Below, one piece after another: positions 41,199 to 51,463 of a stretch of 64,000 nucleotides of DNA. Position numbers and translations under genes: made by a program. This DNA is from Marine Group II euryarchaeote MED-G38. GTDB lineage: Archaea > Thermoplasmatota > Poseidoniia > Poseidoniales > Thalassarchaeaceae. Within the stretch, counting starts at the first letter, position 1; the number at the start of each line of letters is the position of its first letter. The stretch is from positions 33,583 through 97,582 of the forward strand of contig NTJP01000002.1 of assembly GCA_002457145.1 (NCBI GenBank). The letters are read 5' to 3'. The notes under the pieces are model-generated. The model saw only the letters and a program-made list of their open reading frames with translations. It searched no databases and was not told where the DNA came from.

Positions 41199-42182
41199 AT
41201 GTCCGTTCTGAATATTGCTCTAATTGGTTCTGAAGATTTTGCAAGAAGTTTGGCAAAAAAAAGTGATTCACGAGATATAGAATCTTATGTATTTAAAGAA
41301 GGATATGGCTCTGACGCAAACATACTATCTTTTTTGAGACCACTAAAATATCCAGATAGCATAAGGCCTCTACTATCCGTATTGAATGTTGCTAAGGCTG
41401 GAATCATTGAAATATCAAAATTAGATTCTTCATTAGGGGAAATTCTTGTTTCCTTTGCTTGCTCTGGAATAAAAAATGGAATAGCAATAATTAATCCTGA
41501 AGAAGGTAATTGGATAGATATAGATGAAATAAAAATCTATTTCTCACAACTGAATCTTGATTGGAAAATATATCAATCAATGCCAGAAATACATGAGTTA
41601 AGAGGTCTTTTGTTTGGGATGATGGATAATCATAAATCAAATGAAGAATTATTAATATTACCAATAGATCAACATTTTGTAGTTCAAGGTATAGGACTAG
41701 TGGGGATTGGCTATGTCCAATCTGGTCAAATAAAGAAACACGACACTATAGAAGTAATTTCCTTGGAGGAAAAAGGAATAATTAGAAGTTTACAAGTTAT
41801 GGATGACGATGTTGAAATTGCACATTCAGGAGATAGAGTTGGGCTTGCTATTAGAAATTTACGTGAGGGGGCTTTACATAAAGGCTGTATAATAACCCAT
41901 CCTGACTCCGAGGTAATGGAGAAGCATGATATCTCTTCTTTTAAATTGAATAAAGCACCTTTTCAGAAAAAACAAATTAAAAAAGATGATATCATTCATG
42001 CCTCAACAGACTTACAGTTCACCGTAGGAAGAGTTAGTAATATTGAAGAAGATAACTATCAAGTTCACTGGGAAAGTTCACTTTGGGTTCGTTCAAATCA
42101 AGAAACTGAAGTCATTCTAACACAGCTAGATGCAAAACCTATGAGAATTTTAGGGACAGCAAAAATATTAAAATCCGAGTAA
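41199..42182 (+). CDS. Archaeal SelB-like/EF-Tu domain-II protein with degenerate GTPase domain
   Basis: IDQHFVVQGIG, IRSLQV and GDRVGLAI; the N-terminus lacks an intact P-loop. Confidence 0.8.
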   Translation: MSVLNIALIGSEDFARSLAKKSDSRDIESYVFKEGYGSDANILSFLRPLKYPDSIRPLLSVLNVAKAGIIEISKLDSSLGEILVSFACSGIKNGIAIINPEEGNWIDIDEIKIYFSQLNLDWKIYQSMPEIHELRGLLFGMMDNHKSNEELLILPIDQHFVVQGIGLVGIGYVQSGQIKKHDTIEVISLEEKGIIRSLQVMDDDVEIAHSGDRVGLAIRNLREGALHKGCIITHPDSEVMEKHDISSFKLNKAPFQKKQIKKDDIIHASTDLQFTVGRVSNIEEDNYQVHWESSLWVRSNQETEVILTQLDAKPMRILGTAKILKSE

Positions 42183-42265
42183 ATATTTTTCATTCAAAAA
42201 TATGCCTAGTATCTAGTTATGTTTACATTCATTTTATACCATATGTACTATGCTGCGATATTCGG

Positions 42266-43876
42266 ATGTATTCAGCTGGGCTTAATCGCCCAACTGGAGG
42301 AGGGGAGACCGAGTTACTCGGTAATCTTTCTCTTGTTGGGGTAAAAGGGGCATTTTGCGCAATCCTTTCCGATCGTGAATTAACTCTTGAAAGAAGTGAT
42401 GGGAAGGGTTTGAGACTTTCATTGGCCGCTGTAAATAGAACTAGGCATTTAACAATACCACTACTACCTAATGGATTAGTCCCTCTTGGAGTAATTTCAA
42501 TATTACTTGGAATAACGACAATTTCTTTTCCTTATGGCTTGGTCCCAATTTTACTAGGCTTTCTAGCTATTTCTCTAAATATATTTTCACGTCATTCAAT
42601 AATTTCTATTGATACAAATTCTGGAGATAGACATCTAATCGCAGGAAGTGAAGGGTCGTTATTAAGATTAGCAACTATGATATCCAGATTAATACATGGC
42701 AGTACTATGAAAGAAGCCAGAGTAGGACTCGAAAATCTCGAGAAGGAAATGCCACTATTCCCTTCCTTCACATATGCCGGAGGGCAATTCACCAATCATG
42801 ATAAGAATCTATTAACATACAATGATAAGTTATCCGAATCATCATTAAATGTAGGAATAGATACAATTAAAAATTCGAAAGTCTCTAATTTCCAAGATTT
42901 AAAATATGACACAAACCAATTTATTGATGAAAGTATTTTAACACAAAATATCCAAAAAACAGAAATAATCCCCAAAAAATCTGCATATGAAAGTGCTTGG
43001 AATACTCCGCCTCCTCCCTGGTACAAAGAGAAGGAAAAAGTAAGTGAAGATAATTTAAATTTATGCCCTGATAGTAAAAAAAATGAAACTAGAATGGACT
43101 CTGTTTTATCAGAGGCTGCAGGTCATTTGGATATGTTCGGTGGCGGACTAGATATGTTTGAAGAGGGAGGTTTATTTGATCAAGAAGTAAATGAGTATGA
43201 TGAAAATCATATCTCTATTAAAGATACTTTTGATTCTGAACAAAGCAAAATTTCTTCGAATCAAATATCCAGTTCACAAATGATGAAAAAAGCATATGAA
43301 ACTTATGGTCATCCGGTTTCAAATTATAAAGAATCATCTTATTTGCCTCAACCGACTGAGATTGCAGTTAGGGAAGAATGTAAGACTAGTATAGTAAAAG
43401 AAGCGAGAGCAAAACAAGAAATCAGGAACGATGATAATGAGCTAAATTATTCATATGAATCAACTAATCTTGATAGTTATCCATCACTAAAGAGAGCATT
43501 CAAAGGAAATAATAAAAATATCTCTCTAAAAAATAAATCACTAAGTATTTCATCAGTATTAATGAATAAATTACTACGTCCCTCAAATATTCCCTCAAAA
43601 AATAAAAACATAAATCAATCCAAAGATAATAGATTTCAAACCTCTCAATTTCTAAGATTAAGGAGTGATCAAGATCACCAATCAAATATTCAATCTAGAA
43701 CAGTTAGGATAAAGAAAGATAATGAAAACAGTGATGCAATGCAAGTCATAAACTCAATAGTTACCAGAGTTTCTGAAGATAAACCCTCTAGAAGACAACT
43801 TTCCTTCAAACAAATGAGAAAAACATCATCTAGAGTCGAAGGCAATAAATTACCGGGAATAAGAAAATTAGGATAA
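42266..43876 (+). CDS. Hypothetical membrane-anchored protein with long low-complexity C-terminus
   Basis: PH-like beta region interrupted by two TM helices, followed by about 370 aa rich in Ser/Asn/Lys/Glu. Confidence 0.6.
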   Translation: MYSAGLNRPTGGGETELLGNLSLVGVKGAFCAILSDRELTLERSDGKGLRLSLAAVNRTRHLTIPLLPNGLVPLGVISILLGITTISFPYGLVPILLGFLAISLNIFSRHSIISIDTNSGDRHLIAGSEGSLLRLATMISRLIHGSTMKEARVGLENLEKEMPLFPSFTYAGGQFTNHDKNLLTYNDKLSESSLNVGIDTIKNSKVSNFQDLKYDTNQFIDESILTQNIQKTEIIPKKSAYESAWNTPPPPWYKEKEKVSEDNLNLCPDSKKNETRMDSVLSEAAGHLDMFGGGLDMFEEGGLFDQEVNEYDENHISIKDTFDSEQSKISSNQISSSQMMKKAYETYGHPVSNYKESSYLPQPTEIAVREECKTSIVKEARAKQEIRNDDNELNYSYESTNLDSYPSLKRAFKGNNKNISLKNKSLSISSVLMNKLLRPSNIPSKNKNINQSKDNRFQTSQFLRLRSDQDHQSNIQSRTVRIKKDNENSDAMQVINSIVTRVSEDKPSRRQLSFKQMRKTSSRVEGNKLPGIRKLG

Positions 43877-44824
43877 TCCAACAATCCTTCTATATTTATC
43901 TACTCTAGCATGATATTTTCCTTTTTGTAAATTTATTAAATTAATGGAACCCAATCCACCTATTATGAATGAAGAAGTAACTGTAGCATGAACTAATGCA
44001 TTTCTCATTATTTCAATATCTTCCATAGCACCGACACACCCCACAATATTTGCCAAAAAAGTCCCTGCAAATGAATCTCCACATCCAGTTGGATCAATTA
44101 CTTCCTTAGTAGGATATGAAGGGAGAGATATTGTACCACATGGGAGATAGGCTAATACTCCGCCACTCCCTCTTTTTATTATTAAACTTCTAGGACCTTT
44201 TCCTGCAGACTTTCCTCCATTCAAAACCTCTCCAGAAATTATTTTTTCCGCAGCTTTTGTTACAATATTCTCACCTGATATAGCGCAAACTTCCTCTTCA
44301 TTAAGTATGGCTATATCTACTCTCCTTAGGGCCTCGGATAAAGCCTCAAACTCAGTATCAATCCACAGCATAAATGTATCTAAAACTGATATGTTAGGAT
44401 TACACTCTCTGAGTATTTTTAGTTGAGATAAAGGATGCATATTCGCACAAAATAAAATATCTATATCATTCCAAAAATCAGGTATTTTTGGTTTAAAATC
44501 TCCTAAAACATTAATTTCTGTAGAAATCGTTTGGGCGTCATTCATTGTACCTTCATATTTTCCTGACCATCTGAAAGTTTTCCCAGACAGTTTTGATATT
44601 CCTTCTGTATTTATCCCCTTATCATTTAATAATTGTAAATCACTTTCTCGAAAATCCTTTCCAATTGGTCCAATTGCCCCTACTCTGGGCAACATCCCTG
44701 GCATCAATGGAAGGTGAAAAGCCGCAGAAATAGAAGAATGAATGGCAGAACCTCCTAATATATCCGCTCCGTAAGATGTAGGAGTTTGAATATGATCATA
44801 TCCCATACTACCCACTATTACCAA
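43868..44824 (-). CDS. PfkB family carbohydrate/nucleoside kinase
   Basis: GGSA, NEEE, IIKRG and DPTGCGDSFAG. Confidence 0.93.
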   Translation of the reverse strand: MVIVGSMGYDHIQTPTSYGADILGGSAIHSSISAAFHLPLMPGMLPRVGAIGPIGKDFRESDLQLLNDKGINTEGISKLSGKTFRWSGKYEGTMNDAQTISTEINVLGDFKPKIPDFWNDIDILFCANMHPLSQLKILRECNPNISVLDTFMLWIDTEFEALSEALRRVDIAILNEEEVCAISGENIVTKAAEKIISGEVLNGGKSAGKGPRSLIIKRGSGGVLAYLPCGTISLPSYPTKEVIDPTGCGDSFAGTFLANIVGCVGAMEDIEIMRNALVHATVTSSFIIGGLGSINLINLQKGKYHARVDKYRRIVGLS

Positions 44825-44826
44825 AT

Positions 44827-46176
44827 CTATTCCAAACCCTCCTTCATTAATTTAGGATGTTCTTCAAGATATTTAATAGTTATTTGCCTGTCATTAAAAT
44901 CTTCTTCATTTAATATTTTTTTATGAAGTGGAATTAGAGTATCTACGCCTGTTAAAATTATCTCATCTATTGTAGAAGACATTTTCCTTATTGCTTGCTT
45001 TCTCGTTGGTGCCCAAACGATAACTTTGGCCAAGAGAGAATCAAATGACGCAGGTACATCATAGCCAGTGTGTACATGCGAATCTATTCTCACTCCATTA
45101 CCTCCTGGCCAAATACATTCCCATATCCTGCCAGGTGAAGGCTCTAGGGTGAATGAATTTTCGGCATTTATACGTATTTCAATTGCGTGACCTGTTATTT
45201 TAATTTCATCCTGTGAAATATTAATTTCTTCACCAGAAGCCACTTTAATTCCTAATGATACCAAATCCTGTCCAACTATCATTTCCGTAACTGTATGTTC
45301 TACTTGTACTCTTGGATTAACCTCTAAGAAGTAAAAATTATCTTTCTCATCTCTTAAGAATTCGAAGGTAGCGAGTCCTTCATAACCGACTAATTTAGCT
45401 CCTTTAACTACTATTTCTCCCATTTTACTCCTGACCTCATCGTCAAGCCATGGGCCCTCTTCTAGTATTTTTTGATGCCTCCTTTGTATTGAACAAAATC
45501 GTTCGCCGAAGTGAATCGCATTTTTTCCATCACTTAACACTTGAAACTCAATATGTTGTGCACCTTCAATGAATTTCTCTATGAATACTCTATCGTCACC
45601 AAATGCCGATAAGGCCCTTCCTTGACATAAATTTAGAGCACTTTCAAAATTATCTTTACTATTTACAATTTGCATTCCTATGCCTCCTCCTCCTGCTGCG
45701 GCTTTGATTATAACAGGAAAACCAATCTGTCTTGCTATTTCCTCGGCTTCTTTAACGTTAGAAATTGGACTATCTGAGCCCTTCGCCACGGGCAGTCCTG
45801 CCTCAGCCATAATTTTTCTTGCAGAAATCTTATCTCCTAAGATTTTTAATACTTTAGAACTGGGGCCAATGAACTTGATTCCTTCTTCAGTTAACCTTCT
45901 AGCAAATGTAGGATTCTCTGCTAGAAAACCGTACCCCGGGTGTACAGCATCGGCTCCAAATTCTTTGGCTGATTTTACAATTGCTTCTATATCCAAATAT
46001 GTCGCCAATGGATCATCCCGAGGAATATATATTCCTTCATCTGCTAATCTAACTGGTAATGATAAACGATCTTCCTTCCCATAAATAATAGCAACCTTGA
46101 TGCCGAGAGAACGAAGTGACCTCATTATTCTTAGCGCAATTTCGCCTCTATTAGCAATTAGCACACGTCGAAACAT
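44827..46176 (-). CDS. accC: Biotin carboxylase
   Basis: ANRGEIA, HPGYGFLAEN, GGGGIGM, CSIQRRHQK and NPRVQVEH. Confidence 0.97.
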   Translation of the reverse strand: MFRRVLIANRGEIALRIMRSLRSLGIKVAIIYGKEDRLSLPVRLADEGIYIPRDDPLATYLDIEAIVKSAKEFGADAVHPGYGFLAENPTFARRLTEEGIKFIGPSSKVLKILGDKISARKIMAEAGLPVAKGSDSPISNVKEAEEIARQIGFPVIIKAAAGGGGIGMQIVNSKDNFESALNLCQGRALSAFGDDRVFIEKFIEGAQHIEFQVLSDGKNAIHFGERFCSIQRRHQKILEEGPWLDDEVRSKMGEIVVKGAKLVGYEGLATFEFLRDEKDNFYFLEVNPRVQVEHTVTEMIVGQDLVSLGIKVASGEEINISQDEIKITGHAIEIRINAENSFTLEPSPGRIWECIWPGGNGVRIDSHVHTGYDVPASFDSLLAKVIVWAPTRKQAIRKMSSTIDEIILTGVDTLIPLHKKILNEEDFNDRQITIKYLEEHPKLMKEGLE

Positions 46177-46220
46177 TACACAACCTTTATTTTTTCCAAT
46201 GGAAGACAGTCCTTAAAAAT

Positions 46221-47498
46221 TCAGTATACATCTCTGAGATATCTTTTTTCAGTTTTCATCATTTTAGTCTCTACAAATTCAGTAGCCATTTCAATATTCA
46301 TATTACCATGTTCAGAACATATTTTAATCAATGTCTTATGTACATCTTTTGCCATCCTTGATTTATCCCCACAAACATAGAAGTAAGCTCCATTATCTAT
46401 CCATTCCCATATTTTTTCTCCATTTTTTTCCATTAAATGTTGGACATATACTTTTTCAGAACCAGTTCGTGACCATGCTAAATCATGTTTATTCAAAATC
46501 CCCTTCTTTTTCCAGTCTTCCATTTCTTCCTTGTAGTAATATTCATCTTCAGTCCAATCACCAAAAAACAACCAATTTTTTCCGGTTGCATCATCAATTT
46601 CTCTTTGCTCCAAGAATGCTCTAAAAGGGGCGATACCTGTGCCCGGCCCGACCATTATGATATCTTTTGTTTTATCTTCAGGCAATACAAAAGATCTGGT
46701 TGGCGACATAAATATGCCAATATCTGTATCTTTTACATCACACATATCTGATAAAAATCCAGTACACAAACCAGCTTTATTTCTGCCATGATGGGAATAT
46801 CTTACTATTCCTACAGTAAGGTGAACAGTTCCTGGTTCAAATTCTGGACTACTTGCAATTGAATAAAGTCTTGGTTTTAATCTATCCATACCTTCAATTA
46901 ATTGTTGTGCATTTAAGTTTATATTTCCAAAATCTGCATATGCATCAATATAATCTCTTGACCACATATAATCCTCCATTGATTCAGAATCAGATGATAA
47001 TTCTTTCCATAATGCTAAACTGGGGTCAGAGACTGAACCAATTTCTTCATATCCTTTTGGTATATCATTATCTATCCCAGTACCTTTCCAGTCTAACATC
47101 AATTCTCCGGTATCTTCCGATATTCTTTTCCTCTTAATTATCTTAATTTCAACTTCTTCTGTTCCGCTATCTAGATATTCGCCCAATTTCATAATCCATT
47201 TTTTTGATATTCTATGAACTTCGTAACGGCTTGTCAAGGCTTCTTTCAAGCTACATTCACCTAGATGTGTCTCTACTTTTTCATCACCTGAAAAATTGTA
47301 CAAAGTCAAAATATCTTCAACTAAATTAGGATGACAAAGAGGTATTACTCCTAACGCATCACCTGCCTTGTATTCTAAACCGGAATCTCCTAAATCAAAG
47401 ACAATATGTCTAGTTTCTTTTCCTGAACCCTCTCGATTTAAAATAAAATTCTGTGTTAAATTTGATGAATAAGGTTTTTTTGCACTCCAATCAGACAT
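46221..47498 (-). CDS. CysJ-like FAD/NADPH reductase lacking the flavodoxin domain
   Basis: PRLYSIASS, GPGTGIAPFRAF, KVYVQH, YVCGD..MAKDV and RYLRDVY; no FMN-domain motifs. Confidence 0.88.
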   Translation of the reverse strand: MSDWSAKKPYSSNLTQNFILNREGSGKETRHIVFDLGDSGLEYKAGDALGVIPLCHPNLVEDILTLYNFSGDEKVETHLGECSLKEALTSRYEVHRISKKWIMKLGEYLDSGTEEVEIKIIKRKRISEDTGELMLDWKGTGIDNDIPKGYEEIGSVSDPSLALWKELSSDSESMEDYMWSRDYIDAYADFGNINLNAQQLIEGMDRLKPRLYSIASSPEFEPGTVHLTVGIVRYSHHGRNKAGLCTGFLSDMCDVKDTDIGIFMSPTRSFVLPEDKTKDIIMVGPGTGIAPFRAFLEQREIDDATGKNWLFFGDWTEDEYYYKEEMEDWKKKGILNKHDLAWSRTGSEKVYVQHLMEKNGEKIWEWIDNGAYFYVCGDKSRMAKDVHKTLIKICSEHGNMNIEMATEFVETKMMKTEKRYLRDVY

Positions 47499-47608
47499 GT
47501 TACCAACTCAGTATGTATTGACGGAAAGAACCTTGCTTATGAATAAATGCTGAACCAAATCTGTCTAAGCAGTATATCTATCAAGGCAACCCTTCTCGAG
47601 GTATTGTA

Positions 47609-48409
47609 ATGACGGAAGTATTATTCCTAGGCACAGGTAATGCCTTTTCACCTCCAGGTAGGCTCCATGCTCTAGCTTTACTCGATAGAAAAGTTTTGAT
47701 CGATGCCCCTCCAACTTTACTTACTCAGTTAAGAAAATATTCTATACACCCCTCAGAAATAAATCATTTATTGTTCACGCACTGGCATGCCGATCATATG
47801 TTTGGATTTCCATTTTTAATGCTAGAAAGAGAATGGATGCCCTATAATTCTGGAGACAAAAAACCTCTAAATGTTTATTCTAGAAATGGAGGAAAAGAAA
47901 TATTATCACATCTTTGTAAAATAGGATTTCCAGGTAGTCTTGAGACTTCATTAAATAATGGAGTCATTTGGAATAATGAAAAAGAAAATATGCTAAAAGG
48001 AACGGATTGGAAATTTTACAGGTTCCCTGTATCTCATACTCCTGAAACGGACCCCCATGGCTATGAATTGATACATTCAACAGGATTCACGATACTCCAT
48101 TGCGGAGACTCTGGACCATGTCATACAATAGAAGAAAGGGCAGTTAATGCCAATGTAGTGATATTAGAAATGGGTGTTCCAGATTTTGTCTCTAGTCCAA
48201 ACCATCATAACCCATCTGATGTTATTGAATTTTCAAAAAGACATCCCAAAGTAAAAGTTCTAGTTACTCATAATTTTTCTCATTCCTCGGGTAACTCTGG
48301 AGGTTTTGAAATACCAAATCTACCAGATGATATTCACCAATTAGAAGATGGAGATATATTGAAAATTATTGATAAGAAAAAATTTAAAATAAATAGAATA
48401 ACCAAATAA
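47609..48409 (+). CDS. Metallo-beta-lactamase-fold hydrolase (RNase Z-like)
   Basis: FLGTG, THWHADH, GDSG and LVTH. Confidence 0.88.
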   Translation: MTEVLFLGTGNAFSPPGRLHALALLDRKVLIDAPPTLLTQLRKYSIHPSEINHLLFTHWHADHMFGFPFLMLEREWMPYNSGDKKPLNVYSRNGGKEILSHLCKIGFPGSLETSLNNGVIWNNEKENMLKGTDWKFYRFPVSHTPETDPHGYELIHSTGFTILHCGDSGPCHTIEERAVNANVVILEMGVPDFVSSPNHHNPSDVIEFSKRHPKVKVLVTHNFSHSSGNSGGFEIPNLPDDIHQLEDGDILKIIDKKKFKINRITK

Positions 48410-48579
48410 TTTATAGAAATTTTATCTTAATTAAACTATCAAAAATAAAATCTTTTCTTTGAGTCTTAAGACACCCTTATTATCTTTGACTTATTCGCCG
48501 AAAGATATATGCTAGTGCGCCTTTAACTCGTAGGTTAAATTAGTGCTTTAGTATGTATTATTTTGGGTGTTGTTTGATA

Positions 48580-49818
48580 ATGGACGGGAATATTTTTGAG
48601 AAAATTCTTGGCCAACAAAGTTTATTCATGAATAGAAAAATATTTGATCATGGTTTTGAACCATCCCGACTCCCTCACAGGGAAAATGAAATCAATTCTT
48701 TAGTCAAAAACCTTGTTGATGCACTAAATGGCCACATACCTTCAAACATGCTACTCTATGGAGTTCCTGGAGCAGGCAAAACAGTTGTTACTAGATATGT
48801 ACTGAGACAGTTGAGAGAAAAAGGTAACGAACTCAATAAAAAGGTACAAGCCTATGAGATAAACTGTAGAAGTGTCGATACCAAATATCGTGTCGTACAG
48901 TATCTTGCTTCAGAACTTCATGAAAGAGGTGATGTCGTTGTTCCCTTCACTGGTTGGCCTACAGACCGTGTTTTAGAAACTTTAGTCAGTAGAATGGATA
49001 GAATTGGAGGGGTCCATATTATAGTACTTGATGAGATAGATAACTTAGTTTCAAGAGCAGGAGATGGCCTACTTTATAATTTAACGAATCTAAATACTAG
49101 ATTATCAAATTCCAGATGTTGTATAATAGGAATCAGTAATGATTTGAATTTCACACAACAATTAGATCCTAGAGTAATGTCTAGACTCAGTCAAGAAGAT
49201 ATTGTATTCCATCCTTATGGTGCTTCAGAAATAGAGAATATTTTATTAAAAAGGGTTGAAGATGGCCTAAAACAAGGAATCTTACAAGAAGGAGTAGTTA
49301 GCCTTTGTGCAGCTTTAGCAGCACAGGAACATGGAGATGCCAGGAGGGCACTTGATTTACTGAGAATTTCAGTTCAAAAAGCAGAACAAAATTCACAAGA
49401 AAAAGTAGAAACTAGACATGTCAAGATAGCCCAAAGTCAGTTGGAATATGATCAAGTTACTCCGGTCCTGAAAACTCTACCATTACATCAGAAACTAGTC
49501 TTGTTGTCTATATGCCTAAATGAAGATAATGGACTAAAAAATATCTCAACAGGAGATATTTATCGAACATATGCTGATGCTTGTATTATGATTCATGTTG
49601 AACCTTTGACTACTCGTAGGGTCTCTTCTTTACTAAATGAATTAGATACTTTGGGCCTTATTATTGCTAGAAATGTTAGTAAAGGAAGAGGAGGGAGAAG
49701 TAAACAAGTAAATTTAACAACTCCTAAAGCAGTAGATTGTATTTCCTTAATGAGTGAAAATGAACCACTGATAGAAGAAGCTGCTCTTGGCAAATATAAG
49801 CTTCAATCAAAACTATAG
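48580..49818 (+). CDS. cdc6: Orc1/Cdc6 replication initiator; probable start 48580
   Basis: LPHRE, YGVPGAGKT, LDEID, SRL, GDARRALDLLR and wing SKGRGGR. Confidence 0.96.
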   Translation: MDGNIFEKILGQQSLFMNRKIFDHGFEPSRLPHRENEINSLVKNLVDALNGHIPSNMLLYGVPGAGKTVVTRYVLRQLREKGNELNKKVQAYEINCRSVDTKYRVVQYLASELHERGDVVVPFTGWPTDRVLETLVSRMDRIGGVHIIVLDEIDNLVSRAGDGLLYNLTNLNTRLSNSRCCIIGISNDLNFTQQLDPRVMSRLSQEDIVFHPYGASEIENILLKRVEDGLKQGILQEGVVSLCAALAAQEHGDARRALDLLRISVQKAEQNSQEKVETRHVKIAQSQLEYDQVTPVLKTLPLHQKLVLLSICLNEDNGLKNISTGDIYRTYADACIMIHVEPLTTRRVSSLLNELDTLGLIIARNVSKGRGGRSKQVNLTTPKAVDCISLMSENEPLIEEAALGKYKLQSKL

Positions 49819-49872
49819 TAGTTTGTTTCTCCTCGATAATCATTATACCAAAAGGGCAATTCGAGGTAATTA

Positions 49873-50394
49873 ATGAGTGACGATGCGCTTGAATGGAAGG
49901 CCTCCTTATCCAGGCCAAGTATGACTCTTTCTAGAATCTCAGTTTTACTAGGAATGTGGGCTTTAACTCTGAGTGTAGTCAATTTAACAATCGGGGCTTA
50001 TTCTGGAAAAAAAGCTCTTTGGTCTGGATTTTTATTATCTGGAGACTCAAATACTAATTCCTCAGATTTAGTCATTGATGATGTATTATTCTTGATATTT
50101 GGTCTTTCTCTTTGCTACTTAGGAATAATGGGAATACGTAAATCACTAGGTGAAAACGATGGAATATTAGATTCAATGTTAACAGATATATCTTCTTTTG
50201 CAGGTAACTTATTTTCGGTAGACAATACTTTAATGAGATTAATAGGCTCATGGTTAATTGTAATCGGGCTTGTATTCTATCTTCTATGGAGTATTTTTAA
50301 TGAAACATGGGTAGATCCTGGCGTTTATTCGGTAATGATATCGTTAGTTTCTTTCGGATATGGAATTCTAATCTTTTTAGATTCAGAATCTTAA
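49873..50394 (+). CDS. Hypothetical membrane protein with four TM helices
   Basis: Four hydrophobic segments and a WVDPGVYSV motif. Confidence 0.7.
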   Translation: MSDDALEWKASLSRPSMTLSRISVLLGMWALTLSVVNLTIGAYSGKKALWSGFLLSGDSNTNSSDLVIDDVLFLIFGLSLCYLGIMGIRKSLGENDGILDSMLTDISSFAGNLFSVDNTLMRLIGSWLIVIGLVFYLLWSIFNETWVDPGVYSVMISLVSFGYGILIFLDSES

Positions 50395-50397
50395 TAT

Positions 50398-51435
50398 TCA
50401 ACAAAATTCAAAACTAGATAATATATCCCTACATCTCTTTTTTGTATCTTCTTTTGTTATTCTTACTACTACTCCTTTTCCTGGTTGCCCATATACGACT
50501 ATAGTCCCGAGAGGAGCAATTAAATGAATCATTAATGGTGCCAAATCTTCCTCACCATCAACGATAATCAAACTAGTTGATTTATTTCGAATCCACTCTT
50601 CTAATGACTTTTTACAAGTTTCAAATAATGATTTAGTCAACTCTCCCGCTGGATTGTAACATGTAAAATTATTATTATATTTTTTCGAATCAATATTTTC
50701 AGATTGTGCCCATCTTTCTCTTTTAGTTTTACCATCTATCCAGGCAATATCTGCACTACAACCTAAATTTTCCAAAGTTAACGTTGTTACGTCTCCTACA
50801 GAAATCAATGGAACATCCTCTTTTAGATATTTTTCAATCATAATTTTCATAGCATATTCATAATCTTTATCTTTCCCTTCTATCAATTCCCCAAATGGTT
50901 GTTTAAGCATTATTTCAGCTTCTTTTGTCATAATAAGTTTTTTAGAAATTACATCATTATTCTTTTTTTCAAAATAGGAAGATGTCCATATTTGACCTTC
51001 TCTGTTAATCTCGCCATTTCTTATTCTGGTGCTTGAAATGGGAAAGCCATCCCATGCATTTTCATGGTCAATTTTGATAATTTCTAAAATTTTTAAATTA
51101 TTATTTTCTCTCATCTCATTAATTTCTAAACACATATCATAAGTTTCTAAAGTACATATTATGGCATTCGCTTTAGGATGATTTGGTGCAGGCCCATAAT
51201 TATCTTCTAATATTCCAAATTCAATCCTATTCATCAACTCTTTACCTAAACTATTGATTATCTCATTTTTACGACTTTCCCAACTCATTACCATAGTATT
51301 ATTTTTCCTGGCAATTTCATCAGAAATAATCCATATCTCAATTTTTTTACATTTTTCTAATGCACCATTTATTAATTTCTTATGCCCGGTATGAAATCTA
51401 TCAAAAGTACCTCCTATAAGCCCCAAATTATGCAT
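50398..51435 (-). CDS. coaD: Phosphopantetheine adenylyltransferase fused to DUF359 (archaeal GTP-dependent dephospho-CoA kinase family)
   Basis: N-terminal GGTFDRFHTGH and ISSTRIR.GEI; C-terminal VGDVTT, NPAG, DGEEDL and YGQP. Confidence 0.92.
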   Translation of the reverse strand: MHNLGLIGGTFDRFHTGHKKLINGALEKCKKIEIWIISDEIARKNNTMVMSWESRKNEIINSLGKELMNRIEFGILEDNYGPAPNHPKANAIICTLETYDMCLEINEMRENNNLKILEIIKIDHENAWDGFPISSTRIRNGEINREGQIWTSSYFEKKNNDVISKKLIMTKEAEIMLKQPFGELIEGKDKDYEYAMKIMIEKYLKEDVPLISVGDVTTLTLENLGCSADIAWIDGKTKRERWAQSENIDSKKYNNNFTCYNPAGELTKSLFETCKKSLEEWIRNKSTSLIIVDGEEDLAPLMIHLIAPLGTIVVYGQPGKGVVVRITKEDTKKRCRDILSSFEFC

Positions 51436-51463
51436 TTAAATCACTACAGATGCTTCATTATAT

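Noticed and set aside
48410-48579. Replication origin directly upstream of cdc6
   Set aside because: AT-rich, but I found no ORB or mini-ORB repeat or G-string.
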